64,000 nt of DNA from Mobula birostris (lineage: Eukaryota): NCBI RefSeq assembly GCF_030028105.1, contig NC_092382.1, positions 101,076,699-101,140,698 on the forward strand, written 5' to 3'. The translations under genes were made by a program, and so were the position numbers. Shown here piece after piece: positions 1 through 11,746 of this stretch (position 1 is its first letter; each line of letters begins with the position of its first letter). The notes below the pieces were generated by a model. The model worked only from the letters and a program-made list of their open reading frames with translations, was not told the origin of the DNA and ran no database searches.

Positions 1-285
1 CAGACCATCCGGCAGAGTCCAGTGGCTCACAGCGGCTCTCCAGGAGACAATGTGACACTAAACTGCACTCTGTCGGGCAGCGGTACCTTCTATATGTTCT
101 GGTATCGACAGCGCGCGGGAGAGCAGCTTCGGAACCTGTTTTATTCCGTGAGCCCGGGAGCGGTAACTGCACAGGAGGTGGTCGATGGATTCGTCGCCGA
201 GCGACCGGAGGAACTGCTGGTCCTCCTGAAGTCCTCCGAGCTGCAAGTCAGTCACTCGGCCTTGGTTTTCTGCGCCTGGAGTACT
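1..285 (+). CDS. TRBV: TCR beta V segment 1 (V exon; its 5' edge and leader lie outside the window), TRBV30-like, divergent subgroup
   Basis: Frame 1 reads QTIRQSPVAHSGSPGDNVTLNCTLSGSGTFYMFWYRQRAGEQLRNLFYS...SHSALVFCAWST, with the first Cys, WYRQ and second Cys of a V domain and a CAWS end. An RSS follows immediately. Confidence 0.9.
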
Positions 286-324
286 CACGGCGGCGCCGAT
301 AGGTACAGGAGCGCGACAAAAACC
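286..324 (+). other. 23-RSS of V1
   Basis: Heptamer CACGGCG (286-292, 5/7 consensus), 23-bp spacer (293-315), perfect nonamer ACAAAAACC (316-324). Confidence 0.92.
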
Positions 325-639
325 CCCAGAAGCGCGAGAGTCAGGGGAGCGGAAGCAAACTGGAGGGCTGCAAGATTATTCGCAGAACAAAGAAGTCGAA
401 GTCAAACTTAGTTTCGTAAAGAAAAATCGCGAGACTCTTTTCTGGACATCTGCACAAATTCCTGTTGCACAGGTGCAGTGTAAAACGAACTTCCAGCAAC
501 ATCAGAGACACAAAGCTCGCCAGAAAAAAAAACAATTAAACATTAATTATACACATTGATTGTAGTACGCAACACGTTAAAAATGGAACAGTGTCCATAC
601 TAGAGCAAAATGATGCTGTACAAAGGTAACGATTTGGTT

Positions 640-900
640 TGTGACATTCCCTTTGCCCTGAATGTTTCAAGGGAAGTAATTGTTCCCGAACCTGGCCGTG
701 TGAGAACTGACACCTTCTGTACCTACAGTCCAATAGGGTGTGCGAGAGGACGGCGTGGTGCAGATGGCTGGGGGGGGGGCGGGGTAGGGGTGGTGGATGC
801 TGTGCTGGAGGAAGCAGCCAACTTGAGGCTGCGACTGCTGTGTGTACGCCCGATGGTGGGGAGGGATGTGCTCGGGGTGAATAGGGCAGGGACAACTAAT
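640..900 (-). mobile_element. Rex1/Babar- or L2-like LINE 3' fragment, degenerate
   Basis: The minus strand encodes SSHTARFGNNYFP, resembling the C-terminal tail of Rex1-type ORF2. Confidence 0.5.
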
Positions 901-1129
901 CCTTGTGGTTTGTTGCTCTCCTGTGCGTGCGATTTGCAAAACCGGATGCAATTTCAAATTTGCCGGAGTGCGCGTTAGCATTCTGAGAAAGTAAAACGAC
1001 TGACGCCGATTTGTGGCCGTTGCCCCTCTCGCAATAGAATGCTTGGACCCAAGTGTTGGGGGATCCGAGGCTGGAATGACGATGCGAGACTGAAGCGAGA
1101 ACAGACAACTGCACTAGAGGCTAGACGAT

Positions 1130-2070
1130 AATCTAAGTTGAGTTGACGATTGGGTACAGGAGATAGGGTGTTATGTTGAATTTGAATAAGACGTTGCAGA
1201 GCCCTAATTTAAAGTATCGGGCGAAGATTTTTTTTTTTCATCTACCTGCAGGAAGCGTCTGAGTACGACCGAAAGTAAAATTTACAAGAACGTCTCCGGG
1301 ATTCGGGGACCATAGTTATAAGTTAAGACTTTATTGCTTGGAATGCGGGATTTGAGAGAGGTAGACCAAATTATGAGGATAAGTAGAAGCAGTAATGGTA
1401 GTAGTAGCCGTAGATGCCAGGGGATCGATCAGTATTTCGCGACTCTGGTGAACAGCATCCACTCAAGGACGCCTGGGCGGGAACATTTACAGAACCAGCT
1501 GTTGCCCAGACACCGGCTTCCTCACGTCACTGAGTCTAAGGGAAGGGCAATCGCGGCTACAGGTTGAAGTTGCCAGAGTAAGGTTGCAAACAACATCAAA
1601 CTTCCTTCGGGACCCTGGCTCCGGAATTCCTCCTCGGGGCCTACTCCCGAAGCCTATCCAATGGGTGCGTATGGCCGGAAGACAGTGGAGGTGTAAAAAC
1701 AGAGTTTTCCATCTCCCAGGCGGGCTGCTGTCGAAGGCTGACGAGCGTCACCTGCCCGAGAATGAGGGGTACAGCGAGCGTAAATGCAGGCAGGATTTTA
1801 TACAGAGGCTGGATGGGGCGACGCGAGGAAATGGCCTGAGGGTGAAAGTTGAAATGTTTAAGGGGAACATCAGAGGAAACGTCTGTAGTCAGAAGATGTA
1901 GAAGGAGCAGAGAGCGCAAATGGTGCATGAGATTTCGAAATCAACGTTTCAGAGATGGTACTTCAGGTACGTTTGACAGAAGTATGGAGGGCATTTGCTC
2001 CGGGTGTTGGTCAATGAGATTAGTCAGTTTAAATCGTTCGGCACAGCTGGATAGGCCGAAGCGCTTGTTT
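1130..2070 (+). mobile_element. Degenerate CR1 LINE 3' region interrupted by an unclassified ~350-bp repeat
   Basis: CR1-type 3' sequence at ~1130-1390 and ~1760-2070. Confidence 0.5.
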
Positions 2071-3189
2071 CTGAGCCCTACCTTTCTGTGACTCTAATCT
2101 CGGATCAGAGGGCCAGTTCACGTGCTGTGATGTTCTACTTTCTACCTTCTCTGATCCGCTGAGATCCCCACCAGCTTGCCAGATTCCAGTCTCCTCTCCT
2201 ACGCAGGTCAACAGAGTTTGCCCCGGAAACTTAGTACTAAAGACTTCGTTTAAGAAATTCGTTGTGATTGAATAAACTTGGGTTTGGTGAGTGTTTTCTC
2301 CACAGCGACTGTAGAGGGTGCTCTAGGTCCACGTACCAGCTTTGCATGGGTTCAAAAATTTTCAGAGAGAGAGACAGGACGCCAGTTAGCACCTCCAGCT
2401 GTAACACTTCCTGTTCAGCTACCAACGTCTGTTCCTTTACCGGCAAAATGAATGAATTTAACTGTAGGAATTCCTATTTCAGCTCGCGGTTCAAGGTCCA
2501 ATTTGGTGGTGGTTTTTGCTCAGGAAAGTGGTGGAGAGTTGCGCCCGCTTTGCACTGGGTCAACTGCTCCCGCATCATCATAGCTTCGTGCCACGTCGAA
2601 AAGCCCCACCTGAACGAGGCACCACCTGTATGGAAGACAACCAGTTATCTGTTTTCTATTGCTACTTGTGCCAAGATATAACGGAGAGTTTTAGTTCGTC
2701 TGCTATCCAGAAACATCCTCCGGCATATAACTATATCTGTGGGTGCACAACGGCCTGTAAAAACACGGTGCAGCACATCGCGGGTTACAGACTCTGACTA
2801 TACATCTCATTGCCTCATCAAAGCAGCCAGCGCATTCAAGTATCCATTCGGCCCGATAATTTCTACACCCCACCCCTCCGTGGTGAAGAAAACACTATTT
2901 GATCAAGGACAGCGTGCACCCGCTTCAGTAAAGCTAATGACGTACCTATGGTAATTTTAGCATACAGACTTGACCTTCCATTCAAACACCTTAGGATCCT
3001 GCACGTTATTCTCGACCTGTGCTCCAGTTCTTTTTTTTTTTCTCATGTGTCATGTTGCGTTTGTTTGCAATACCGCAATGCTTTGATCTGTATGAACGTT
3101 ATGCAAGTCAAGCCAATTGCAAATGCTCTCTGCTAAGCCAGACACGCTCCTGGCCATGCGCCTGTTATCCACAACTCCACATTCCAATT

Positions 3190-3890
3190 GCTAACGTCTC
3201 GATCGTCATCTCCCCCAGCCCCCACCTTCCACCATCTCCCCGACTCACCGTAACTGCTGAACAGGTGAGAAGGACTCTGGAGAACTCAGACGCGGCAAAG
3301 CATTGTGTTGCAAAGAACTGGTGAACCCAAACGCAGGACACCGGCACGGGGAGAGAGTTGGGATGCAGACCATGGCGTGAAAATCTTGAATGACTACCGT
3401 CCAGTGGCCGTGAACTCACACACCATGAAGACCTGGAGAGGTTGGCCCTGCCTCACCTCCGACCCTGGACTGATCAGGATCCCATGCAGTTTGCCAAACA
3501 GGAGCATATTCGAGTTGAATATAATGTCATCGATCTGCAGAACAGGGTCTAATCCCAGTTGGATAAGCAGGGCATCGTGTTCTTTTTTTTTTTTTTTAAT
3601 TCTCAAGAGTCTTCGATACCATACAGCCGTCATAGCTGGGGAAAACGTCCCTTTCAATGTAGGTTAGCGGTTCCACTGTATGCCGGACAATGGACTACCT
3701 GACCGGCAGACCACAGTTTGTGCAGCTTCATAGCTCTGTGTCAGACACGGTCATAAGAAACACTGGGGCCGCAAGGGGACGCTGTTGGGTCACTTACTGT
3801 TTACCCTGTGTACCTCGGACTTAAGATACAACACTGAGTCATGTCATCTGTATCCATAGATATAATTTTGCTATTTGTTTTTGCACCGAT
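3190..3890 (+). mobile_element. Rex1/Babar-like LINE RT fragment (copy A)
   Basis: Encodes LTVTAEQVRRTL and LNDYRPVAVNSHTMKT, matching the Rex1 RT motif LNDYRPVALTSHIMKTLERL. Confidence 0.75.
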
Positions 3891-3934
3891 TATAACTAAA
3901 TTTTATTTCATTCTTTAGCAATGCAGAGTGATGT

Positions 3935-4090
3935 CAGACACCTCCGGCCCAACCGCCCGTCAGTGGCCAATTACAAACGTGGTAGGAAACCGGAGCACCC
4001 GGAGGGAAGCCACATGGTCACGAGGAGAACATATAGACGCCTTTACAACCAGCGGCGGGATTTGAACGCGCGTCGTTGACGCTGAACGCT
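3935..4090 (+). mobile_element. V-SINE/HE1-like SINE fragment (copy A)
   Basis: Core ggaaaccggagcacccggagggaagccacatggtcacgaggagaac. Confidence 0.7.
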
Positions 4091-4258
4091 AGAAATATTT
4101 CAACATGAATTTCTATTAACTGACGCTAGTCAAGTTTTCAACGTACTGGAATGCTGCTGAATAAAAAATAAGTGGTTGACATGACATTTATACTGTGTTC
4201 TCCTGTCAATAAAGAGTCCAGCTGTAGGTGGAGGGGGGTCTTTCTGCAGAAATGGGCG

Positions 4259-4272
4259 TGACGTCTCTTCCT
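4259..4272 (+). promoter_or_regulatory. CRE-like TGACGTCT plus adjacent CTTCCT (ETS core) upstream of the orphan leader
   Basis: Lies ~85 bp upstream of the leader ATG. Mammalian TRBV promoters are known to carry a CRE-like decamer. Confidence 0.5.
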
Positions 4273-4348
4273 GGCTCTCACTGCCTTTTCAGAAGTTTAC
4301 AAACAGCAGCTGAGCGCTCATTGTCTGAAAGAACGTTTCCAAACAGAG

Positions 4349-4385
4349 ATGTTTGTGTTACTCTGACTTATGGTCTGGACCCACC
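4349..4385 (+). pseudogene. Orphan TRBV leader exon with a nonsense codon and no V exon of its own
   Basis: Reads ATG TTT GTG TTA CTC TGA CTT ATG GTC TGG ACC CAC C|gtaggc. It is the paralogue of the V2 leader, with GGA changed to TGA at 4364-4366. Confidence 0.88.
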
Positions 4386-5559
4386 GTAGGCAAGTTGACC
4401 TCACTACAAACTCGGAAAACTCTTTTGTTCTCAATTTCTCCCTGTTCCTCCTTTACATTTTGATCAGTTTCTCGCCCTTATGTTTTTATACTCTAATTTC
4501 TCTCTTAATTAATTATCCTCCTTTTGCAATCCGTTCATCTTACTCCTTCTCTGGACTCCCCTTTCTGTCCACTTTCCCGTCTCTTCACCGCCCTCTCCTT
4601 GCAGTCTTTGCACCCATGTTTCCGTTCACAGGCGATTTTCTCAGTACTAAGCAATTCGTTTAAGAAATTCATTGTGATTAAATAAACTTGTGTTTGGTGA
4701 GTGTTTTCTAAGCAGCTGCTGCAGAGAGTGCTCTCAGTCCACGGACCAGCTTTGAATGGGTTCCACAAATTTTCAGAGAGAGAGACAGAGGACGCCAATT
4801 GGCTCCTCCAGCTGTAGCACTTCCTGTTCAGCTACCAACGTCTGTTCCTTTACCGGCAAAATAAATGAATTTAACTGTAGGAATCCCTATTTCAGTTCGT
4901 CGTTCAAGGTCCGATTTGGTAGTGGGTTTTGCTCAGGTAGGTGGAGGAGAGTTGCGCCAGTGTTGCGCTGGGTCAGCTGCTCCCGCATCATCTTAGGTTC
5001 GTGCCCGGTTCGAAAAGTCCCACCTGAACGAAGCATCACCTGTATGGAAGACAACTAGCTATCAGTTTTGCGTGCCATCCAGAAACATCCTCCCAAATAT
5101 AAGTATATCTGTGGATTCATCTCGGATTGTAAAGACTCGGCTCAGCACATCACGGGATACAGCCTGCCCTCCACAAACTCTGACTGTACATCTCACTCCC
5201 TCAGTAAGGCGGCCAGCGCATCCAAGTATCCATTCAGCCCGATATTTTTTACACCCCCACTTCTATCGGGAAGCAAACAGCACTTGCTCAAGTCAGCGTA
5301 CTCCCCGCTTCAGTAAGACTAATAACGTATCCATGATAATTTTAGCATACAGACTGGACCTTCCACTCAGACACGTTTGGATCTCGCACGTTATTCTCGA
5401 AACTGCACTCCAGTTTTTTTTTTCATGTGTCATGTTGCTTTTGTTTGCAATACCGCAATGCTTTGATCTGTATGAACAAGCCAATTGCAAATGCTCTCTG
5501 CTAAACCAGACCACATCCTTGCTCTGCACCTGCCATCCAGACTCCACACCCCAACTGCT

Positions 5560-6290
5560 AACGTCCCGATCGTCAAATCCCCCAGTCGCCACCTTCCACC
5601 ATCTCCCCGACTCACCAAAACTGCTGAGCAGGTGAGAAGGTCTCTGGGGAGACTCAGGCGCCGCAAAACATCGCGATGTCATTGTGTGAACTCCAAGGTT
5701 GCGTGGAGTTCCGCAGCGCATTTTCATCTTCACTCTCAGCTTTGAAGGGTGGAAACTCATGTGTGGCCCCAGAACCCAAGAACGGCCAACTCAGTATCTT
5801 GACTGACTGCGGTCCAGTGCCCGTGAACTCACGCATCATGAAGACCCTGGAGAGGCTGGTCCTGTCTCACCTCCGACACATAGCCAGATCAGCCCTCGAT
5901 CTCCTGTAGTCTGCGAACCAGGAGCAGATTCGAGTCGGGAATACTGTCATGCATCTGCAGAACAGAGCCTAATCCCACTTGGAATAGCAGGGCATCATGT
6001 TTTGCTTGATTTCTCAAGTGCCTTTGATACGCTACAGCCGTCATCGCTGGGGAAAACATTCCGTGCAATGGTGGTTGGCGCTTCCATTGTAACGACCTGA
6101 CCGGCAGACCACAGTTTGTGCAGCTTCATAGCTGTGTGTCAGACATGGTCATAAGCAGCACTGGGGCCGCAAGGGGACGCTGTTGGGTCCCTTACTGTTT
6201 ACCCTGTATACCTCGGACTTCAGATACAACACTGAGTCATGTCATCTGTATCCATAGATATAATTTTGCTGTTTGTTCTGGCACCGATTC
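5560..6290 (+). mobile_element. Rex1/Babar-like LINE RT fragment (copy B)
   Basis: Encodes LTDCGPVPVNSRIMKTLERLVLSHLR; paralogue of 3190-3890. Confidence 0.75.
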
Positions 6291-6329
6291 AAACGTCATT
6301 TTATTTCATTATTTATCACTACAGCGCGA

Positions 6330-6480
6330 TATCAGACACTTCCGGCACAACAACCCGTCACTGGCCAATTACAGACATGGGAGGAAACCGGAGCACCCTG
6401 AGGGAAGCCACGTGGTCACGAGGAGAACACCTAAACGCCTTTACAACCAGCGGCGGGATTTGAACCCGAGTGATTGGTGC
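6330..6480 (+). mobile_element. V-SINE/HE1-like fragment (copy B)
   Basis: Core gggaggaaaccggagcaccctgagggaagccacgtggtcacgaggagaac. Confidence 0.7.
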
Positions 6481-6755
6481 TAAACTCCAGAAATATTTCA
6501 ATTTATGTTTCTATTAATTAACGCTGGTCAAGTTTTCAATGTACCGGACTGCTGCTAAACAAATTGAAGCGGTTGACATGACATTTATACTGTGTTCTTC
6601 CGCCAATCAAGAGTCTAATTGCAAGTGGAGGGCGGGTCTTTCTGCACAAATGGGCGTGGTATCTCTTCCTGCTTCTCACTGCCTTTTCAACAGGTTACAA
6701 ACGGCAGCTGAGCACAGAACTGGTTCACTGTCTGAAAGAACGTTTCAAAACGGAG

Positions 6756-6792
6756 ATGTTTGTATTACTCGGACTTATGATCTGGGCCCACC
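6756..6792 (+). CDS. TRBV: Leader exon of TRBV segment 2
   Basis: MFVLLGLMIWAH plus 1 nt, then a GTAAGC donor (phase 1). A CCAAT box (6603-6607) and GC box (6630-6636) lie upstream. Confidence 0.88.
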
Positions 6793-7242
6793 GTAAGCAA
6801 TTTCCTCCCACTACAAACTCGATAAGCTCTTTTGTTCTCCTTTTCCCACTATTTATATTTTGATCCTTTTCTCTCCCCTCTGTTCTCATCCTCTAGTTTC
6901 TCCTTTTATCATCCGTCCATCTTTCTCCTTCTCTAGACTGCGTGCCAGTGGTTACCTCTTACTGGCCACTTCTCGTTCTCTTCCTCACTTCCTCCTTGCA
7001 GTCTTTGTACCTATATTTCTGTTCACAGACGATTTTCTCTTTTTTATCAACATTTCGTTCAATTCCCCCCTTTTTTTATTTCCCATGCTGCTCCATTTCT
7101 TTGATAATTCCACTGTTTTTACTCATTTGTGAATTTTTCCCTTCCACTTACGTTTCCATATCTACACTGATTCCCCTCCTCGCCTACTCCCGGATCTCCA
7201 GTATCATCATTAACCGTCCTCCTTTTCCCGTATCTTTCCCAG

Positions 7243-7541
7243 AGGTCAGCTCGCAGACCATCACTCAGACCCCGGCCGTGCTCTCGCGATCCCCCGGAGA
7301 GAATGTGACGATGACGTGCACGGTGAAGGGCACTAGCGCTGACCCTCGCATGTTCTGGTACAGACAGCTCCCGGGGAAGGAGCTGGAGAACCTCTTTTAC
7401 TCCGCTGCTACCAAATCCGTCAATTCCGACGAGCCCGTGGACGGTTTTACCGCCCAGAGACCGGACGGAAAGACCTTCACTCTGAGCAGCTCCCACCTGG
7501 AACCGAAGAACTCGGCCGTATATTTCTGCGCGTGGAGTCTA
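7243..7541 (+). CDS. TRBV: TCR beta V segment 2 V exon, apparently functional, TRBV30-like
   Basis: Polypyrimidine tract and AG acceptor at 7241-7242, phase-compatible with the leader. The spliced protein is MFVLLGLMIWAHQVSS-QTITQTPAVLSRSPGENVTMTCTVKGTSADPRMFWYRQLPGKELENLFYS...PKNSAVYFCAWSL, with no stops. Confidence 0.95.
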
Positions 7542-7580
7542 CACATTGACTCAGAGAGAGAGGGACGTCTGACAAAAACC
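7542..7580 (+). other. 23-RSS of V2
   Basis: CACATTG (6/7), 23-bp spacer (7549-7571), perfect ACAAAAACC (7572-7580). Confidence 0.95.
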
Positions 7581-7759
7581 TGCTGAGTACGCAGGGGAGC
7601 GTCTGGCGGTGGAAGCTGGAATTGCAGCTCGGTTAACCGAAAAAAGACGTAGTCAAAGTGGAGTTTATTGTCAAATCCAGCAGTACTTAGACTCAATGGC
7701 CACAGTATTAGGTGCACCTTTTTCATGCGCTCGTTAAGATAAATATCTAATTAACAAAT

Positions 7760-8130
7760 CATGTGGCAGCAACTCAATGCCGTGGAAACATTCAGACATT
7801 GTCAAGCCGTTCAGTTGGTTCTTCAGACGAAACGTCGGATTGGGAAAGCAAGGTCATCAATCACTTTGACTGTGGAATGATTGCTGGTGCCAGGCCAAGT
7901 GGTCTGAGAACCTCCGAAACTGTTGAGCTCCTGGGATCTTCACGCACAACAATTGCCGGAGCGTACTGAAAATGGTGCGAAAAAGAACAACAACAAAAAA
8001 GATAATTACGTCCAGTGAGCTGTAGTTATGTGGGCGTAAACGCCCTGATAAAGAGAGTGTAGAGGAGAATGCCAGTCCGGTCCCAGCCGACAGGAAGGCC
8101 AAAGTAACTAAAAGAGGCCCAATTTACAAT
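7760..8130 (+). mobile_element. Tc1/mariner transposase N-terminal fragment; a shorter paralogous piece lies at ~13435-13550 behind V3
   Basis: Encodes FDCGMIAGARPSGLRTSETVELLGSSRTTI, a paired-like HTH typical of Tc1 transposases. Confidence 0.7.
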
Positions 8131-8949
8131 AGCAGCGTCTCGAAAGACTTTTGGACGGAAACGTGGAAAGCAAAGGTTTACAGGGTTACCGGGCCAAACT
8201 CAGGCAAACAGAGGAGGTTGATCTGGACATCTTGGCCATTTGAGCCAGTGATTCCGCTCCCGCTCTGTGTGAATCCATGTCTGAGAGGTACTAACAAAAG
8301 GCAGCCGGGGGAAGATGCGGTAACCCTGGGAGGAGAGACGGAGATTCTGCAGGACGGTCTCTTGGAAACCAATAACAGGATGGAGAACGAAGTGTTAAAG
8401 TTGCAGAGAAAGCGGGCACTGAGTGTAGGTACACTATAAACGGGAAACACGGCGCATAATAAATTGCTACAGTTCCCGAGAAGTGTAGGCAGACAATAAG
8501 GTGCAAGTGCCACGACGCGGTCGATTGCGAGGTCTGGAGTTCATCTCATCGGACTAGGGGGCCGCTCAATAGCCATAGCCTTCTCAGAGCGGGATAGAAT
8601 CTGCCCTCGAGCCAGGTGGCACTGGTATATGTTCCGATGTTCTTCCCCAGTCAGGCTATCAAAGACAACGGGGAGAAGGCAGAAAAGCGTTGAGACGGAG
8701 CAGTCTCGGTGGGGCCAATGGGCCTATTCTGTCCCCCTGCCTTATGGTCTAGGAGCAGTTAGAAATGCAGTGTAAATCCTGTCATGCATCCTATACATGC
8801 CGGTGAAATCATCACCGCAGTGCGTTGATGTGGTCGTGCAGAGAAAATTAAAGTGAGACAAACGCCTCACTTCAGCCAGCTGCATTCCAGGCAGGCGGGA
8901 AGGTTCAAAAACATATCAGGGGAGATTTTGAAGTCAAGTGGGCTGTTTA

Positions 8950-10070
8950 ATCATTTTACCACAGCGGGCTGGAATCTGTCTTTGAGCCTGGTGACACGTG
9001 AACAAAGAGGAACCTTCGTAGTGTGAAGTGTGGACCGAGTTCGTGCAGGGGAGAGCATCCCTTCCCCGGATACAGGTTGACACATTATAGAGCTAATGGC
9101 CGAGCGTAAGAATGATGTCACGTGGTCTTTCGAGCAGCGCAGTTGTCTGAGTCTATTACTGAACCTGCTTCTCAGTTCGGCCAAAGTGGAATACAGAGGG
9201 TGAAAAGCATCGTCCAGTATTGCCTGAATTTTCTTTGGGGTCCTTTGTACTACCACAGTCTCCAGTGTGTCCAGTTTGACTCCGAAATCAGAGCCAGTCT
9301 TTCTGACCAGTTTATTGAGCCTGTTAGCATCGCCGATGTAGATGACATTACCCCAGCCCGCCACCGCATAGAAAACTGTACTAGCGACAACAGACTGGTT
9401 GAACACGTGAAAGTGATGACTGGACACTCCAAAGGACCTGAATCTCTTCATGAATTAGACGTGAGTCTGGTCCTTCATGTACACAGCCTCTGTGTTGGTG
9501 CTCCACTCAAGTCTGTCATCCGGGTGCACCCCCAGGTACTTGTAGGTCCTCATCACATCCACGTCCTCGCCGTCAATAGTAAAAGGGAGCAGTGCAGGCT
9601 AAGTCTTCCTAAAGTCCATCACTATTTCCTTTGGCTTTCTGATCTTTAGCTGCAAATGATTCAGCTTGCATCAGTTGGCAAAGTCCTCCAGCAGAGCCCT
9701 GAATTCAACCCCCCGTCATCCATTTATACACCCAACTATTGCTGAGTCATTAGATAATTTCAGCAGATGACATGACGCAGTGTTTTATCAGAAGTCGGAG
9801 GTATACAGGGTAAACAGGAAGGGAGCCAATATAGTCCCCCGGACAAAGTGCTGCTTATAGTCATATCTGACACACAGCTCTGAAGCTGTACAAACTGTGG
9901 TCTGCCAGTCAGGGAGTCCATTATCCAGGATTCAATATATCTGGGTAAGGTGCTTTTTGTGATGCATCAGTAAATAGTTGCCCAGGATCTGAATAGACAT
10001 GTAGCACTCATTCCTGAGGAATTAGCAGTTTTGGTCAGCTATCTTACTCTGACGTCTCTGTGCCGGACCA
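8950..10070 (-). mobile_element. Rex1/Babar-like LINE, RT core to 3' end, frameshifted
   Basis: ORF 8951-9451 (RSFGV...FNQSVVASTVFYAVAGWG...ANRLNKLVRK...RLRQLRCSK) and the upstream YKYLGVH motif. Confidence 0.88.
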
Positions 10071-10229
10071 ACCCCGATCATTTCGGGATATTCCGGCCAA
10101 CATATTTCATTTCGATAATATTGATTTGGACAGGAGCCTGTTGACGCGGTCCTACATTCCTGAAGTCAATATCCAGCTCCTATGTTCTACCGAAGCTGAA
10201 GGAAATCTGAAATATTCATGGAAGATACA

Positions 10230-10760
10230 AATTACAACGGTAACTCCCGCAAAAGTACTGGATATGACCCAGTGCATTCCGGGTTTAGCCCTCATCACCA
10301 TTCAGCGCATTGACACAGAGCGCTGTCGCTCGAAAACAGCATCCAGCATCGAGGAGCCCCAGATCCCAGGACACGATCTCTTTTCGCTATTGCCACTATG
10401 TAGAGGGACCAGGGGCCTTCAGGTCCCGAACTACCAGTTTTGAGACCAGTTGTTACTCCCGCGATCATCAGGCTCTTGAACACGAGGTGGGAACATCACT
10501 CAATTTCACTCGGTGCATCACTAATCTGTTCCCACAACCTATGGATACATATTAAAAGACTTTACATCTCTTTCTCGATATTTAATGCTTATTGACTTGT
10601 TATTACTATTATTATTGATTTGCAGAGTTTATCTATTGCGTATAGTTTTTTTGTTGTCCGTCTTATTTGCTGCCGTCCTTTATTCAATCCACAGCGTTCC
10701 TTCGATTAAATAAGCATGCCCACAAGAAAATGAATCTCACTCCCACAATAATTTTACTTT
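10230..10760 (+). mobile_element. Rex1/L2-type LINE 3' end
   Basis: Encodes IPGHDLFSLLP followed by RSRTTSFETSCY, the tail motif of this ORF2 class. Confidence 0.6.
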
Positions 10761-11039
10761 GAACTTTGAAAACGGCCTGATGTAGAATCTTGCTAGTCGG
10801 CAGTAGATGGCGCTCTAGCGTAATAAGTGAAGCAAACAAATGACTTGCAAAAAGTCTTGTTTTTAAGAGCTGATCCAGCCCTTAAAGAATCATTCTGCAA
10901 TGTGCCTCTGCAGCTGGCGTCTTCAGGGCGACTGAGTGAGTTGGAACTGTCACAACAGAGGTGCTAAAGATTGCGGCAAACAGGTGTTGGCTGGGGAGTT
11001 GGGGAATGGGGGTGGTTGAGAAGAAATAAATGTTGGCTT

Positions 11040-11315
11040 CAGCGATTCCGGCATGATTTCACGGAAGCCAAACACCGCCGAGCATCAAAGACACCCCATC
11101 CCTACCGTGAAGCATGGTGAAGGCTGCATTTTGCTGTGAGGCTTGTGAAGGTAGAGGACAAAATGAAAGCAGCAAAACACAGGGGAATTCTGGGGGAAAG
11201 CAAGAAGCAGTTTGCAAGAGAAATACGACTTTGGAGAAGATCTGTTTTCCAGCAAGACAATTGCCACAAGCATAAAGCCAATACGAGAAAGGAATGGTTC
11301 AAAGGCAAGAGAGTT
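11040..11315 (+). mobile_element. Tc1 transposase catalytic-domain fragment
   Basis: Encodes PTVKHGEGCILL and FQQDNCHKHKA, matching the KHGGG...QDNDPKH motifs. Confidence 0.8.
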
Positions 11316-11741
11316 TGAAAGGTAGGGAGAGAAGGAAAAGGCGAGCTGGAACGTGATAAATGAAGTCAGGAGGGTCGGAACGGTCAAGGGCTGGAGAAGA
11401 AAGAATCTGATTAGAAAGGAGAGCCGACTATAGGAGAAAGGGAGGGAGGAGGTAACCCGGGGGAAGTAATCGGCAGGTGAGAAGAGGTAAAGGGTCAGTG
11501 GGGAATAAAGAAAGCGTGGTGGTTGTGGTTGGGTTCAGGATTAGAAAAAGTTCAAAGAGGGATTTGTTTTCAGATGTATTTGTCCAGTTTCAGATGCCTC
11601 CAGCTTTCTTCTTCTCCAGCCCTTCACCTTTCCCAGTCACCTGGCTTCACCTATCACCTCCCAGGTAGCCTCCTTTCCACCTTCACACACATTTATTCTG
11701 GAGTCCCCCCCCACCAACCAACCTTCTGTGCCCACCCCCCC

Positions 11742-11746
<5 letters not shown>

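Larger units (their letters stand above)
2233..7039. repeat. Tandem duplication of ~2.4 kb (copy A 2233-4642, copy B 4643-7039) containing upstream flank, Rex1 fragment, V-SINE, V promoter, leader exon and the start of the V intron
   Basis: The copies are colinear. Both start agtactaa..ttcgtttaagaaattc and both end gattttctc. Copy A is cut inside the V intron at the junction, while copy B continues into V2. Confidence 0.9.

Noticed and set aside
2630-2700. Minus-strand peptide KTLRYILAQVAIENR*LVVF, faintly like GPCR TM2 (TRYLVAMVAADQLVVL)
   Set aside because: The match is short, interrupted by a stop, partly deleted in copy B, and has no supporting TM3-TM7 similarity. Probably chance.
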